Made by a program: the position numbers and the translations under genes. From Macrostomum lignano (lineage: Eukaryota), in NCBI GenBank assembly GCA_002269645.1, contig NIVC01001564.1, positions 62,001-126,000 on the forward strand: a stretch of DNA of 64,000 nucleotides. The letters are read 5' to 3'. The notes beneath the pieces are model-generated. The model worked only from the letters and a program-made list of their open reading frames with translations. It was not told the origin of the DNA and did not search any database. How positions within the stretch are numbered: position 1 is the stretch's first letter; each line of letters starts with the position of its first letter. Below are positions 13,561 through 24,983 of this stretch, one piece after another.

Positions 13561-14229
13561 GAAAAGCAATTGATCACTGCAGTCCTAAAGTTGAGTCTAC
13601 ATAGAAAATCATATGCATGTAGTGCGAGATTTAATAAATAAAAAAGAGAAAACCCGGCCTAAATGTATAGCCTACTAACGTACAGTATGAGAGGGATCAT
13701 GCGGTGACTTAGAAACGATTCTATGTAGATTGAAAAAGTGCATCAACATCAAAAAGTTTTATTCTAAAGCGACAAACCCAAAATTATTAAAGGTACTCCA
13801 GTGTGATCCATAAATTGTCAAGCCCCATATACATGCATGTAATTAAAACGAATTCAGTTCTGTCTTATCCGGGCTTTTGTTTGCAAGTTCTAAAACCGAC
13901 AACTTTAGAGTTAAAATTTGGTTATTCGTGCAACTATGCTAAGCAATGGTGTGCGACAAGCTAATTAGGGCTATCCTGTTGCCTGTCTTGTAAAAATTAA
14001 CAATTCTTTAAAAGAAATTAGAAAGGCCGTTTTTGGAGGCATGAGATATATGCGCTGGGAGGTGGATTTATAATCTTCGATTTGCTGATTACATTGACAT
14101 CCTGCAGTAGGTTATAAAGAAAAGACTTTGAGAAAACTGACAGAAGATACGGAGTGGAAATCAGCACGGAGAAGAGCAAAGTGATGATGAGATTAGAATT
14201 AAAGAGGCCAGAGAGGAACACGAAGAATC

Positions 14230-14590
14230 AGTTGGTGAATGTCACAGTTGGTCGTGTACACTGGGAGCAGGTAAGAAGCAACTTACCTACCTTGGATTAA
14301 GAATAGAAGACAATATGGAAAGTCAGGACATGGAGATTCGGATACGGATTGTGAAGAGCTACATGAGCATGTATACAAATACAAAACTTGGAGAGTAAAA
14401 AGCATCCACATGAAAATAAAATGCTGATGAGATCGGTAGTCATGGTGACTTTAATTCTCTATGCCTATGAGATCTGGACATTGGAGAAGACTGAGAGCTT
14501 TCGAGATCAAGACCCACAATAAGGACGCTGGGCATTTTCTGGAATTAGAAGAAGACTATAGTGACTAGATTAAAAAAGGAAGTGACTATA
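14230..14590 (+). mobile_element. Degraded RTE-clade LINE reverse-transcriptase 3' fragment
   Basis: Frameshifted TYLGLRIE...EIRIRI...LYAYEIWTLEK...LRAFEIK motifs. Confidence 0.65.
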
Positions 14591-15004
14591 AGAATCCTTT
14601 CTTGTGGTGGAAGGCCGCTTTGCGAATCTGATGAAGAGAAAGATATATTAGAAGTTTCTTTGGGCGTTTTGAGAGAAGTGATGAAGAGCTGAAGGCTGTG
14701 GTTGAATTAGGTGTTGATATATCAGGGACGAAGGTGCTGAGGCATGCAGGCCAAAAGGTGAATGGACAGGATCTGGAGGATTGGAGATGAGATGGTTCAT
14801 CTGGGTTGCTGGCTGGACGGCCTTCTATCGAAGGAGGTGTAGAGTCGCTGTCGACAATTGGGTACAACAACGGCTATGTTGGCTGCGAACCTGATCAGGG
14901 GCGTCGCTATGGATTTTATCGTGGGGGAACAAAGCCAAGAGTTCAACATGTACATGTACATGAATAAATTCTTATATACACATGTCCAATATTTTCAGAA
15001 TCGG

Positions 15005-15150
15005 TGTTGTCAGCGCTCATTTTGGCGCCACAAGCACTGCTCATTTTGGCGCCACAGGCACTAATTTTGATGCCGCAGGCACTCATTTTGGCGCCACAAG
15101 CACTGCTCATTTTGGCGCCTAAGGCGCTATATTTTGGCTATTTTGGCACC
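15005..15150 (+). repeat. ~21-nt GCACTCATTTTGGCGCC satellite, same family as the OMA1 intron 1 array (opposite strand)
   Basis: The unit is the reverse complement of AAATGAGTGCCTGCGGCGCT; the flank GGTGTTGTCAGCGCT is shared with 36060-36085. Confidence 0.8.
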
Positions 15151-15812
15151 CTGAATAAAAATTTTTGATTTCCACAACGGGTCACAAGGTAAGGTGGGGG
15201 GGACAGGCATTGGCATGTCAATGCTGTGCCAGCCCCATGGCACAGACAGTGTACATGTTAGAAAGTCAAAGGGCCGCTGTACACCAATGTTGCCGAAGTC
15301 ACTACGCCAGGATGTCCCCTACAGCTATAAGCGATGAAGTGTTATATAAATACAGTAGTTGATTTTCACTTTTGTCTCAAGTTGAATTCCAACAAGAATT
15401 GGAAAGTCGGCACAGTTTCGCTGCCAGATACCACTATTGGGCTGGCAATGCAAGTATGATAATTATTTGAATAAAGGGTTCTATTTTGTGCTACACAAAC
15501 GATCTCATTCAAACAAGCTGAAGTTCTTTATAACAATGAATTCTATCATTTCTAAAGAAAAATCTAGTTACAGTGTGCATGTATTCACAAAAACACATTC
15601 CGATTGGTTTACTTAAGAGTAGAACATGCTTGATTCACGATCGCTCTAATGAACGCCTGCTAGCTGAAATAAAGGCACAATATTTCTGAAAAAATGATTC
15701 ATGCGTGGAAAAATGAATGATTCACGTTCTTACTGTACTACTGTTAGTAGAGCTGCAGGTCTCAGTTCAATAATGGAGCGGTCACAGTTTATTAGCAACC
15801 AAGCGGTGCACA

Positions 15813-17258
15813 TCAGGCCAGGGTGGGGCAGAACAGTCGGCGCTCAACGTCTAGCAGCTCCTTCTCCCGTCCAGCGTCCAGCTCCACGACGGCCCAGGCG
15901 TCGCGAACGCGCCTCACAGCGTCTCTCAGTAGGTGCCGATGCTTCCACATGGTGAAGGCAACCACCAGCGCCTTGCCAACTGGTACAGAGCCGAAGCACA
16001 GCAGGACGCACTCACCTTTGTCCTCCGTGTGCTTCATCAGCCACAGGGCGGCTTCGACGTCTTCGCTAAACGATGCCAGCCGAAGGCAAGCAACGCGTTT
16101 TCCGGACAGCTGGAAGTGACAGAACTTCTCCACTGTTTTACTGTCCGTCAGCACCGACTGGTACAGGGACAGGGACTCCGCTGACGGGGTGAACTGCTGC
16201 TCGTGGATGAGGTAGATGAAGTCCTCGAACACGGTTGGCATCTGGCTGTTGCCGCCCAGGTACGTTGCCAAGTTGACGTCGCAGTCGAGAACGTGAATTG
16301 CCAGGCTGCAGGAGTTGCAGCAGAGTTTGAGGTGCTGCATCAGCTGGTCCCGCAGCAGCAGCAGCGCCTCCTGCGGGCAGCCAATGAGGTTTGACACTAG
16401 CACCAGGTACCGATAGGCTTTGCTGAGCCGCTCCAGCTGCAGGCTGTCCGCTTCCAGCAGATCGCGCACCGAGAAGGACACCAGATGAGTCAAGTCCAGC
16501 CTGGAGGTCTCGCTCTCGTCCCGACAGTCAACGATGCCGACAAGATGTCTCCGTTCGGCCATCAGATTGTGCAGCTGCTCGATGCTCAGCAGGACGTTCG
16601 CCGCCGCCGTTGCGCAGATGGTCTTCGTTGTCGATGTGGTGGTTTCCGATCTGGCTGACTCAGCATCTGGGAGGCCGTGGCAGTAAGGCGACGGCTCGAG
16701 CAGCTGGCCGAACACTCTGGGATTGTCGGGCAGCGGACAGTGGTGCTGACGGTACGCCCTAGTGCGGTCCATGAAGGACAGCCGCGGCGCGCCTCTGCTG
16801 AGCACGGCCGCCAGCTGGGACGCCAGTCCAGTTGCTGGGGACGCCGTTGCGGATGAGACCGAGTGTCCGGCCTCCGGATCCCCAGCCGGCGGAGTTCTGG
16901 CCGTGCCGACCTTTGCTGAGACGGCTTTGCGCGGCGCTGGAGGCGGCAGCGGCGTAGCGGCTGCTCCGGTTGGCGCCGCGGCCGAGGCGCAGCGAATCTG
17001 AACTGGCGCGGCGGCCAGGACCGCCGTCTGGGTCAGCTGAGTCATCTGGGTCAGCTGGGTCGGCTGCTGTGACGGCTGGTGAGCAGTCGTCAGGCTGGTC
17101 TGCTTCGGCTCCAGGATGTTTCGAGTGCACAAGTCGCGGACTGAGAGGACCTGCTGTTCGGGGGGGGGGGTGCATGGACTATCGAGATTGGGTCTCTGTG
17201 TCTCAACAGGTGGAATTTTCTTTCTAACAGAGTTGACTTTGTTTTTAACAGTTTCCAA
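15813..17258 (-). CDS. Large terminal exon: low-complexity N-part + rhodanese (CH2) domain + catalytically dead dual-specificity phosphatase domain (MK-STYX/STYXL1-like)
   Basis: LLSIEQLHNL...IVDCR (rhodanese). ECVLLCFGSVPVGKALVVAFTMWKHRHLLRDAVRRVR...KELLDVERRL fits the DSP C-terminal pattern but lacks HCx5R. The track 'M' is TTG, so the true start lies in an upstream exon. Confidence 0.65.
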   Translation of the reverse strand: METVKNKVNSVRKKIPPVETQRPNLDSPCTPPPEQQVLSVRDLCTRNILEPKQTSLTTAHQPSQQPTQLTQMTQLTQTAVLAAAPVQIRCASAAAPTGAAATPLPPPAPRKAVSAKVGTARTPPAGDPEAGHSVSSATASPATGLASQLAAVLSRGAPRLSFMDRTRAYRQHHCPLPDNPRVFGQLLEPSPYCHGLPDAESARSETTTSTTKTICATAAANVLLSIEQLHNLMAERRHLVGIVDCRDESETSRLDLTHLVSFSVRDLLEADSLQLERLSKAYRYLVLVSNLIGCPQEALLLLRDQLMQHLKLCCNSCSLAIHVLDCDVNLATYLGGNSQMPTVFEDFIYLIHEQQFTPSAESLSLYQSVLTDSKTVEKFCHFQLSGKRVACLRLASFSEDVEAALWLMKHTEDKGECVLLCFGSVPVGKALVVAFTMWKHRHLLRDAVRRVRDAWAVVELDAGREKELLDVERRLFCPTLA

Positions 17259-17310
17259 CTTTTCTAGTCTAGGAAGCGTAATTGTGTGTCTAACCAGAAA
17301 AACTTTCTGT

Positions 17311-17630
17311 CTACAAGGTGAAACCGTGTATCTAACAGGTGAAAGAGTGTCTAACAGGTGAAAGCATGTCTAACAAGTGAAACCGTGTATCTAACAGGTG
17401 AAAGCATGTGTCTAACAGGTGAAAGCATGTCTAACAGGTGAAAGCATGTGTCTAACAGGTGAAAGCATGTGTCTAACAGGTGAAAGCATGTATCTAACAG
17501 GTGAAAGCATGTATCTAACAGGTGAAAGCATGTGTCTAACAGGTGAAAGCATGTGTCTAACAGGTGAAAGCATGTGTCTAACAGGTGAAAGCATGTGTCT
17601 AACAGGTGAAGCCGTGCGTCTAACAGGTAG
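17311..17630. repeat. 21/19-nt minisatellite (TCTAACAGGTGAAAGCATGTG)n
   Basis: Visible array; three units lack a TG dinucleotide. Confidence 0.95.
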
Positions 17631-18009
17631 ATCAGTCTTTGTATCGGATAGAACTGTTTATCTAACAGGTCTAACAAGCAGGACTGAGTATTTAACTTTC
17701 ATGTCGAACAGCTGGAACAGTAGTGTCTATCTTATAGACTAAAAACTCTATATAGTTAGCTATGTTTTCAAATTGTTCAGTAAACACTTTATCAGAAACA
17801 AATGATATGCTTCTGTGTACATGTAGAGTTGCAAAACAGAGCCTGTGTTTTTTCCTCCTCATCTAACTCTCGCATCCAGCTCTCTCGGAGCACTTGATTT
17901 ATTTGTCTAGCTGTCAGGCGGGACACGTGTAAACACGTTTTCTCTCGGTTGCATATTTTTTAACTCTATACTATAATGTTTTTCAACATCTTATTTCAAC
18001 CTGGTTCTA

Positions 18010-18787
18010 ACCCATCTCCTTCTACCCAGTCTCCTTCTACCCCATCTCCTTCTACCCAGTCTCCTTCTACCCCATCTCCTTCTACCCAGTCTCCTTCTAC
18101 CCCATCTCCTTCTACCCCGTTTCCTTCTATCCTTCTACCCCATCTCCTTCTACCCCGTTTCCTTCTATCCTTCTACCCCATCTCCTTCTACCCCGTCTCC
18201 TTCTATCCTTCTACCCCATCTCCTTCTACCCCATCTCCTTCTACCCCGTCTCCTTCTATCCTTCTACCCCATCTCCTTCTACCCCATCTCCTTCTACCCA
18301 TCTCCTTCTACCCCGTCTCCTTCTACCCCATCTCCTTCTACCCCGTCTCCTTCTACCCCGTCTCCTTCTACCCCGTCTCCTTCTACCCAGTCTTCTTCTA
18401 CCCCATCTCCTTCTACCCAGTCTCCTTCTACCCCATCTCCTTCTACCCCGTCTCCTTCTATCCTTCTACCCCATCTCCTTCTACCCCATCTCCTTCTACC
18501 CCATCTCCTTCTACCCCGTCTCCTTCTACCCCGTCTCCTTCTACCCCATCTCCTTCTACCCCATCTCCTTCTACCCCATCTCCTTCTACCCCATCTCCTT
18601 CTACCCCGTCTCCTTCTACCCCGTCTCCTTCTACCCCGTCTCCTTCTACCCCTTCTCCTTCTACCCCTTCTCCTTCTACCATCTCCTTCTTCCATATCTC
18701 CTTCTACCCCATCTCCTTCTACCCCATCTCCTTCTACCCCATCTCCTTCTACCCCATCTCCTTCTACCCCGTCTCCTTCTACCCCAC
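18010..18787. repeat. 15-nt minisatellite (CCCCATCTCCTTCTA)n, G-rich on the minus strand
   Basis: About 50 visible units. Confidence 0.97.
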
Positions 18788-19036
18788 CTGAATGTGTAGT
18801 TTAGAGCGCACAGGAAGACAATAAGCAAAGCTCACCACTACTTGATGCCCAGCGGCTTTGCTGGATTCGGCTGCAGCTGCCGCAGCTTCATCTTTGACGT
18901 CAGTTAACTGCCAGTCAATTGTCACGCCTCTGGCAGTGGCTGGATCTTGCTGTTGCTGCTGCTGCTGTTTCTCAGAGCAATTTCCCGGAGCAGTTTTCAA
19001 CACCTCCGCAAATTCGAAGGCTTCATTGTCGCACAT
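18788..19036 (-). CDS. Putative first exon (MCDNEAFEFAEVLK...KLHIQ, 83 codons), possibly of the STYXL1-like gene
   Basis: ATG 19036, protein-like composition with polyQ/polyA, CAG|GT donor at 18787. The joining acceptor was not identified. Confidence 0.45.
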
Positions 19037-19968
19037 ATTTCCTGGCAATCTTATTATCGATTATCGATTTTTAACGATATAAATCTTTTAGAAAGAAAGT
19101 ATAGCTCCACTTTCCTTGTGTATTTATGAGAGATTCTAGCGCACACTGCCAATATAACCAACCTACCTCAAAATCCGTACACCTGTAAATCCGCTAGCAC
19201 TGCCTCCACAGATCCTCCTCTCCCCTCCCCAGAAAAAAGCGCATTGAGGAGGGACGTGGGGAAGTGGGTGTGACAGGCATCAAGCTTGGAGATCGGAACG
19301 GAACTCTCTCTGTCCCCCCAATGGAGCGGAGGGCCGCGCAATGTACACTTAGGCAGCCGGGGGAGAGGGTGCTCAAGACAGGCAGACAGGTGTAGGCCGG
19401 CGCGTACAGCCCAAACAGGCCAAGGGACGATTGAACGCCCATTTTTATTTACGCCTTCTTCATAGATTGCCCGGCGCAATCTCCATCTTCATGATTTTCT
19501 GCTTATTGTAGAGCGCAGCGACTCCTTTTTAGCTTTCAAGGCATTGATGCTGTGGGCAGCGGCCGGACAGGTGGATGGTTGGGGGAATCAATGCTTCTCA
19601 AATCATTACCAACCCCGTGCCCAGCAACTGCGAGGGAGAAGAGCTCAGAATCAAAGGGTGAGCATAGCAGCAATAGGGAAGCGGAGCTACTCAAGAGGAT
19701 CTGGCAAGAGGATCTGAAGCTCTCGCAGAATTTTGCCTCTTGTTAAAGTCTAAAAGTTCTTACTGTGAGCTCTTAGGGTGCTCCACCGTTCCATCGCCAT
19801 CAGAGAAGAGCGCTGTGGGCTGCAGCCCAGCCAAGTTTTGTAAAAACTCTTCAAAGTGAAGAGAGGACGGCTCATCGAGAATTTCTGCAGCAAAAAATTA
19901 GGAATAGGAAAGAGGTCTAAGCAACTCCACATGGTCATGCCAATGCGTATGTAAGGTCATGCCCACAT

Positions 19969-20633
<665 letters not shown>

Positions 20634-21300
20634 AATCTGTTGTCGCTGTTTTCAATTTCTGATTAAATCCTTGGATTCAGATCCCATCCCGGACGCAGTC
20701 CCTAGGCGCCCATTTCCTGTTTTTTTAATCTAATTTTAGCTTCGCTCCCTGCAGTCAACCGCGGTCAGGAAGAGCCTGCAGTTTCCTGTCACCATCGGGA
20801 GCAGACAGCGCTACAGACTTACTTGAAGCCCAGCTACATAGGCAAAGATGTACAGCGCCGTGTAGTATGAATCAGCGCCGATCGTCCCATTCATCTGATT
20901 TTACAAGCTGCACTTTTTGTATCTCCATAGCAGCGGAGTAAACAGAGTCAGACTATAATTTTTACACTACTACACTGAAATTCACGATTCACGCCTACTT
21001 ATTTACTACTAATAACAGTACCACATGTCCTGCATAGAGTAGAGTAGAAGAACATTACCAGACTAACGGTACGCCTCGAATTAGTCTGTGGAAAAAAGAG
21101 TTGCAGAGTGAATTTGAAGCAACGTGGTATATAGAGACTTCCCGATTTGAAAAACGATTCAATCGGTGAAGATTGCATAACCAGTAAGATTTATATTGCG
21201 TAAAGTGTCCACCAAATGCTTCTTAGTTACTATCGCATCGTATTCGTTATACATGTATGGGTTCTGCATCACCAAGTCAAGAAGTCGTATTGCTTACCAG

Positions 21301-21683
21301 AAACTGTCGAGTCCGCGCTTCGAGCAGCTTCCAAAGATCGCTCGACCACGCTGTACCTGACCTACACCAGCGTGCTGATGATGTGCGGCCCGTTGCTGGC
21401 ATTGCTCATGCTCACCTGCTTCTGCTGGTTCCGCGAGGGCGAACTGTCCGCAACCCGGCAGGCCCGCGGCAACGTCGGCGCCGCCACCGCTCATTTCGAC
21501 GTCGATTGGCGAGAGCGACGTCTGATTCGACTGCAGGCGGCCGTCGGTTTGGAGAATTTTCACAATGCCGCTTATTCGGCCAGGGATCCGCGAGTTTACC
21601 TGGTTGGACGGCACAATGCCGACCTGCTGATGCACATTCAGTACAGACGAGAGATGCAAAGTGGCGACGTAGAATTGCAGTAG
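21301..21683 (+). CDS. Probable terminal exon of an uncharacterised single-pass membrane protein
   Basis: TTACCAG acceptor at 21300, GC-rich codon usage, hydrophobic helix LYLTYTSVLMMCGPLLALLMLTCFCWF, stop 21681-21683. No family recognised. Confidence 0.55.
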
Positions 21684-24161
21684 TATATGTACATGCATGC
21701 ATGCATGTTATTGGTAGCATTAATATTTAAATTCTTTCTAAATTAATGTGTAATAATGGTTCAATTAATCAAATCATTTTGATTTTCTTCTATCATACTG
21801 TATTTTCGAAGCAACCTAGCTAAACAATCGACTACTACATGCAGCTCGTACGTGTATATGACAGTAGCTAGCTAGTAATGCACCTAATCAAAGCAAAATA
21901 TAATGGCATGTATAGTAGCTCGAAATCGCGAAATCGTTTGTTTTACGAGGGCTGTCTAAAAAGTAGTGTTACTTTTCACTGTATCTCTCTTTCTGATGAT
22001 ATCCCAATAACCAGGGTCATGACCCCCATGACCCCCACCAGCCGGCTGATCCAGGCCAAATTTTCAAGCCCCCTCCCACGTCGCAGAGGCCTAGCACCCC
22101 CTGCCCCCGGTTGCCGCTGTGAGCCTGTGACTGACCCCCCCCCCCCGTTGTGTAGCCAAGGCTTGAAGTTTTCTAGTTGAGTTGAACAGTAAAGTGCATG
22201 CTATCTAGGTACGCACAGTTGCTTTGTTTATATTTTCGTTATTTAAGAAAAACTACATGATCGATATTTTAACTACACTAGAAAAACTGCACGATCGATA
22301 AATTCAAGAGCTAGAGATATCACGTGATTAATAATACATTATACAGATAATTTATCAACTACTCTACTTAAAGTGGCAGTATAAGTAATAGACAATAATA
22401 ATAATATAGGTAGCATTTACGTTATAGTAGAAATATTCGTAAAATATTATCTATCATTAAGTTGGTCTGTCAGGTTACACGAAGCAACACCCCCCCCCCC
22501 CAGAAGGAAATCCTGGCTACGCCACTGCCAATAACATCATTTTGCTCAATTTTATAGCGGCAACTCTCTTCTTCGTATTAACTTAAATACTTTTAAAATC
22601 AGACAATGGAAACAAAAGTATTTATTCGTAAAAATTCGATTCATATTATTGGCTTAGTTAACATCCAGTTATTTAGTTTAAATTTACAGTTCCAATTCTG
22701 CTTACATGCACCTACTGGTGTTGATCGTTCTGACTTTTAACTCTGGATGCAAGAAGTTCAGCAGGAGCCTATTAGTTATATATGTAACATGTACAAAATT
22801 GTCTCTGGAATAATTTATTAAAGCAACTATTATAAAACTTAAAGTATATCACAGTAGCTGTGCCGCAGTAATTGTACTTACGAGTTTTATTGACTAAATA
22901 ATCTTTAATTTTATCTGTCAGTGTATCCATTTCATTAAATTGTAGTAGAATTCCCGGCATGCTACTAAATGTGCAGCAGGAAGTGTGTGATTTACCACCG
23001 TTTAAATGTAACTGCATACGTTCATGCATTCACTTTTCTCTCGGACTTGCAGGCTCTGGGCCTTACCCGTCCATCTGCAGAGTGTAGCTAAGGCTGGACT
23101 CAGCTATTTTCCATCAGCGGGTGATTAGGCTGATTATAGTGCCAGCGGCTGTGTAATTTAAAACCTGAACTAAATAACTAAAACAAAGCGGAAAATCGAA
23201 GTACAGTTTTTATTTATTCGAGTACTACTTTAAATCTTAGTGGTGATATAAATAAAATTAACTGATTTATAGGTTTGATTTTTATACTCTAGTAGAAAAA
23301 TGGTAATTTTTTACTGACGTTGTATATTTTCAACGTGGAAAAAAGGTGGTATTTTTTAACAGAAAATAAACATCAAGCCCCGAAGTGGCCCCCTGAGATC
23401 CATGGTTGTGCTGCCTGAAACGCAAACCCTAATATATATATATGTGTTTGATCAAAAGTATATACAGTACTATATAAAACATTTTTGACACAAATACAAT
23501 TTTGGTATTTATATTTATTGTACCCAGCCAGCCATTACTAAAGCCATTACTTAAAAGCGATGTTACTAAAGCCATTACTAAATCCATTACTAAAGCCATT
23601 ACTAGGCCTAGGCCTAAAGCCATTACTAAAGTATTACTACTAAAGCCATTTTATACCCATTGTTAAAAGTTGCTTCTTGTTTGCTAGAGCAAGATGAATT
23701 TTTTACCAAACACTAAAAAGGGAAGTTAAATATCCTGGCCAACATAGGACATTAAAAAATTGATCATTAGTTTGTGAATATTAAAGGAAATTTAATATCA
23801 GCAATTTAATTGTAACAATCTCATTATGTATATTACTAAAATTGTATTTAATATTGATTTTATTTAGTGATGACACATTTAATGATTTCTGATGAGATAT
23901 TTATAGTTCAATTTGAATCAATTATAAAGAAATATTAAGCTGAAATTTTTTTGTTTTCTAAGCTTTAAACAAAGTTTGTGACTTGTAATCATTTTTAGGA
24001 CAAGTTGAGTTTTTAAAGAAAGGTATTTGTATAGTGATAATAAAATGTATATCAATATACAGCCTATATCACAAGCAACTAACAGGTAAATTGTAAAATG
24101 TTTCTACACTATTCAAAAGACCTTGATAACATATTTCAGCTAGCGCAACCAGAACAGGACC

Positions 24162-24983
24162 ATGCTACAAGTTGCACTGCTTGACGTTGAAAGCTTTGAG
24201 CTTGTTAGCCAAGCCCTTGAAGACAACAAACTTCTGGTCCTGGCGCTCAGTGCCCTGTTGGTATTCCTGACAATCCACTTTGTGCATCACTGCTTATTGG
24301 GTGCTGGCACTGATGAGGCACAGCAGCCGCAGCATCCAGATCACGGCGCGGCGGATCAGAGCGCCGACTCTGTATCTAAGAAAAGCCAGGTCGACGACAA
24401 AACGCTGATCGACGCGTTCGAGAATTCTCGGCCGCCGCAGGATCCGATTCACGGCTTCATGGCCGGCGATCGGGACAAGGTGCCCTTCATGTGTCCCTTC
24501 TTCGAGGCGTTCAAAATGGCACAGAAGCGATCAGAAAAAGAGCAAGAAGAGGAAGAGTTTATAGCCAAGGCCCAGCAGAAGGAACTCGAGAAGAAGGCGG
24601 TTCAATCCAAAAGTGCGATCGCACCAGAGAAGAAAAGTACACCTCCGCCACCGAAAAAGGACTCTTCGCCGAACTCAAAAGAGAATGTTAAAAGCGACAA
24701 CGAATCCCAGCAACTCTCCGCGACCGCTACTGATGCTCAAGACCCACAAGACTTGAAGAATGTTCTTGGAAACGTGCCGTTCAACCACCTGCCCGGCTGT
24801 CTGAAGCGCCAAGAGCAGGGCAAGCAGTTCTCGGTCATGTCTGAGGAAGAGAAGAGCCGCGAGCGGCAGGCTGTCAGTCAGCAGTTAAGCGAAATCTACG
24901 CTCTGCTTGCCCAGCAACGAGAAGCCATGGGCGATACGTCAATTCAGGACATGCAGGAGCAGCTCAAGCTGTATGCTCACTGA
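24162..24983 (+). CDS. MXRA7: MXRA7-like single-pass membrane protein, 273 aa, single coding exon
   Basis: N-terminal TM helix. C-terminus MSEEEKSRERQAVSQQLSEIYALLAQQREAMGDTSIQDMQEQLKLYAH resembles the remembered MXRA7 end (MTKEELEEEQRVQKEQLAAIFKLM...DVQEQLRLY). Possible 54-nt 5'UTR intron 24086-24139. Confidence 0.7.
   Translation: MLQVALLDVESFELVSQALEDNKLLVLALSALLVFLTIHFVHHCLLGAGTDEAQQPQHPDHGAADQSADSVSKKSQVDDKTLIDAFENSRPPQDPIHGFMAGDRDKVPFMCPFFEAFKMAQKRSEKEQEEEEFIAKAQQKELEKKAVQSKSAIAPEKKSTPPPPKKDSSPNSKENVKSDNESQQLSATATDAQDPQDLKNVLGNVPFNHLPGCLKRQEQGKQFSVMSEEEKSRERQAVSQQLSEIYALLAQQREAMGDTSIQDMQEQLKLYAH

Noticed and set aside
19150-19960. R2/NeSL-type retrotransposon call
   Set aside because: Only vague resemblance (QVDGWG); no RT, CCHC or PD-(D/E)xK motif could be read. 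Kept only as unassigned.
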